A stretch of 63,815 bases of DNA, counting the filler, from Octopus bimaculoides (taxonomy: Eukaryota): the NCBI RefSeq assembly GCF_001194135.2. It is 4 parts of 4 records of this genome, joined end to end, with 100 filler letters (N's around TTAATTAATTAA, not from the genome) between each part and the next. Parts side by side here need not be neighbours in the genome. Positions count along the whole stretch, not along the records: positions 60,821 to 63,815 come from NC_068986.1; 3 more parts are not named here. One strand, 5' to 3'. The notes beneath the pieces were generated by a model. It searched no databases and was not told the DNA's origin. It saw nothing but the letters and a program-made list of their open reading frames with translations. Position numbers and translations under genes: made by a program. This document shows, piece after piece, positions 60,846 to 63,815 of this stretch. Each line of letters starts with the position of its first letter. The first letter of the stretch is position 1.

Positions 60846-60988
60846 ACGATGGGCTTCATTCAGTTACGTCTACCAAATCCACTCACAAGGCTTTGATTGG
60901 CCCGAGGCTATAGCAAAGGACACTTGCACAAGGTACAACGCAGTGGTTTTATAAGCAAGCTTCTTACCAAACAGCCACTCCTGCGCCG
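60846..60988 (-). mobile_element. SINE family B head with B-box region deleted
   Basis: Ends CTTACCAAACAGCCACTCCTGCGCC, the reverse complement of the family 5' end. Confidence 0.85.
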
Positions 60989-61040
60989 ATTTATTTATTT
61001 GCCCTGGTGGCAAATAAAAGAAATCATCATCATCATCATT

Positions 61041-61071
<31 letters not shown>

Positions 61072-61140
61072 ATCATCATCATTATTATTATTATCATTAT
61101 TATTATTATTATTATTATCATTATTATCATTACTATCATT

Positions 61141-61500
61141 GCCTTTGCACAGCTTGTAACGCTGGAGATGTACTACAGTGTCAGCTGTTCACTACCAGTG
61201 AACTAAGGTAAGACCTCTTATTTTTCGAGCACCTTTCAGAATATTCGAGCGGCTCCAAGCAGTGCTGTTTTCTGCAAGTGCTCCACCCTTATTGCAGCCC
61301 CTATTTGTTCCGTGTACTTCTCAAGAGTTTTACTCACTGTTTCCAGGGCTCCAACAATTATTGGTACTACACCCACCTTTTTCATCGACCTCAACTCTTT
61401 AACCTCCCAAGCTAACCTGTCATACCTAACGACTTTTCTTTCTTCCTTATAGCTAACCTTGTTGTTAGCTGAGCATGCTATATCTATGATCCAGCATAAT
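61141..61500 (-). mobile_element. 5'-truncated R4-clade 3' end embedded in (AAT)n
   Basis: CWIIDIACSAN..VSYKEERKVVRYDRLAWEV...KKVGVVPIIVGALETV...LQKTALLGAARI plus 3' UTR. ATT repeats on both sides. Confidence 0.9.
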
Positions 61501-61512
61501 TTGCTATTATTA

Positions 61513-61586
<74 letters not shown>

Positions 61587-61598
61587 TANNNNNNNNNN

Positions 61599-61634
<36 letters not shown>

Positions 61635-61639
61635 GTTAG

Positions 61640-62500
61640 ACAACCAGTCTCCTCAAACGTGAAGTATCTCCCTCAAGAGTCCTGCAATATAGAATAATTG
61701 GCATCTTAATCTAACACAGTCTATTTGTCCCTGAATGCGTCCTGAGATTTTTCAACTTTCTCAGTTTATCAGGTGTCCACATTGTCATCATTTGGTATTG
61801 CGAAAGTCCTGATCTTAACATTGGTCCTTTGTTATATACTCTATGATCTAATCCTGTCTCCTTGCTTCAGTCGTATGGTCAGTCCTTATGGACAAATCCT
61901 ACAAACTCCTGTAGTTATCATTTAACAACGCAGCCTCTGGTTCGAGTTTATACCACTTTTTGTCACTTTGAATTCTAACACTCTGCAAACATCTTTACAC
62001 TCTTTATTCTGGCACACAACTGCTTGTCCTCATACTCTTTTCCTATTAGTTTACTATATTCGCTTAGAAGAAGACTAAAACTTTCATCTCCTTTTCCACA
62101 GATACTGCGTTTGCCCTCTGACTGGGTTTTACGAAGTACATCAATGTCGCTCTAATAGTTTGTTCATTGAGCGTCTACATTTAGCTATTCAGCTTCTTGC
62201 TTGAAGTTTCCATCTTTCAACCACAACTAGTGCTCCATCCTCGGTTTGTTGCATGAATTGCACATATAATTCTGTCTGTTTCCAACATTTTGTCTTTTCG
62301 CTCTTCTTTCTGTCCTTGAATTTTCCATCTGATCCATTGATCGTATAGATATTTCTGGCTGCAGGCTGCTGATAGCTTCCTATTTAACTACACAGGATAG
62401 AGGACTTTCAAAACCAATATCGCTCTATCGATGGTATCTTTTGCTTTTAACAAACCTTTGCCTTGTTCCCCTTGTCCATCATTAGAACCTTTCAGTGTAG
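61640..62500 (-). mobile_element. Decayed R4-clade LINE relic (thumb to RLE)
   Basis: Reverse strand residues KWYKLEPEAALLNDN, IRTDHTTEARRQD, DFAIPNDDNV, QFMQQT. Confidence 0.6.
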
Positions 62501-62635
62501 TGACAACAGCTTCCTAGTTGAATCTAAGTTCTGTTGCTCTGCTAACGTCCATTGTAGAAAATGCGAAGAGCATCTCAGTAATGGTATGGTCCATGTATAT
62601 AAATGCCACAATAATATTCCCGACTTTTAGTGAAA

Positions 62636-62647
62636 CTACTACTACTG

Positions 62648-62731
<84 letters not shown>

Positions 62732-62835
62732 ACACCACCACCATCACCACCACTACCACTACCACNNNNNNNNNNCACCACCACCACCACCACCACTACC
62801 ACCACCATTACTACTACTACTGATGGTGAGGATGA
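62636..62835 (+). repeat. Compound trinucleotide array (ACT)-(ACG)-(ACC)
   Basis: Directly visible. Confidence 0.95.
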
Positions 62836-63064
62836 TGATGATGACGATATCCTTATCACTATCATTGTTGTTGTTGTTGTTGTAGTTGTTGCTGTTGCTA
62901 TTGTTAACATGTTCGTTATTCTGCTGGTTATTGTTACTTTCCTAAGATTTCGGTCTTTTGTATTTCGCTCTTTTCATGTCTTATTTGAAAGTTACTCGCC
63001 ATATATGTTCCTTCAATATCTCTCTTTCCCTTTTCAATGCGTTAGTGTTGTTATTTTTAGAATT

Positions 63065-63365
<301 letters not shown>

Positions 63366-63768
63366 TTTTGAACGTTAGCATCATCAACATTCTATAATGA
63401 TCAAATATGGTAGAAGTTGCTTTTTTCATAATATATATTTCAAGTTGATTTTATTTCCTAATAATGATCTTTCTTTCTTTTTCATCAATCATTTTTTTTT
63501 CTCTTTATCTTCATTCATATTTTCTCATAATTTTGCCTGTAGAATCTTATCCGGAATTGAAGAATCTCTTTCAATGCCTATCACTTCCTTCCTAAACCAT
63601 ACCTCTATGTCTAAATCTTATTCAACTAAACTACGCCTTGTATGTGTTATGAAAAAAAGAGAAATGGGATGATTGCTATGAAAATCCATATAAAATACTT
63701 ACTGAAAAATTTATGCTTGTATATATATATATATATACACACACATCCATGCACACACAAACACATGC

Positions 63769-63815
<47 letters not shown>

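Overview
Eukaryotic, AT-rich, draft-assembly DNA with many N-gaps. It is made almost entirely of microsatellites and decayed transposable elements. The tRNA-derived SINE families and repeat spectrum are most consistent with an octopus genome (inference from recalled repeat families, no search run). No host protein-coding exon, RNA gene or CRISPR array can be supported. Contents: (1) R4/Dong-clade LINE relics (RT plus C-terminal PD-(D/E)xK endonuclease) abutting (AAT)n arrays; (2) HERO/NeSL-like, RTE, CR1-like and Penelope-like relics; (3) mariner/Tc1, pogo-like, piggyBac-like, Helitron/Helentron remnants; (4) a solo LTR with a 5-bp TSD; (5) about 35 SINE copies or fragments with swappable heads and tails. 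Most notable: a 45-bp minisatellite of at least 25 units amplified from the DLxKAFD motif region of a dead RTE reverse transcriptase (40769-41911); a near-intact minimal hammerhead ribozyme (39298-39340); two apparently independent insertions of one SINE at the same nucleotide of another SINE (38073-38313, 52703-52978); a 713-bp foldback palindrome (56474-57186); and an in-frame R4-RT/HERO-endonuclease junction (~9484). No complete novel protein system is evident.
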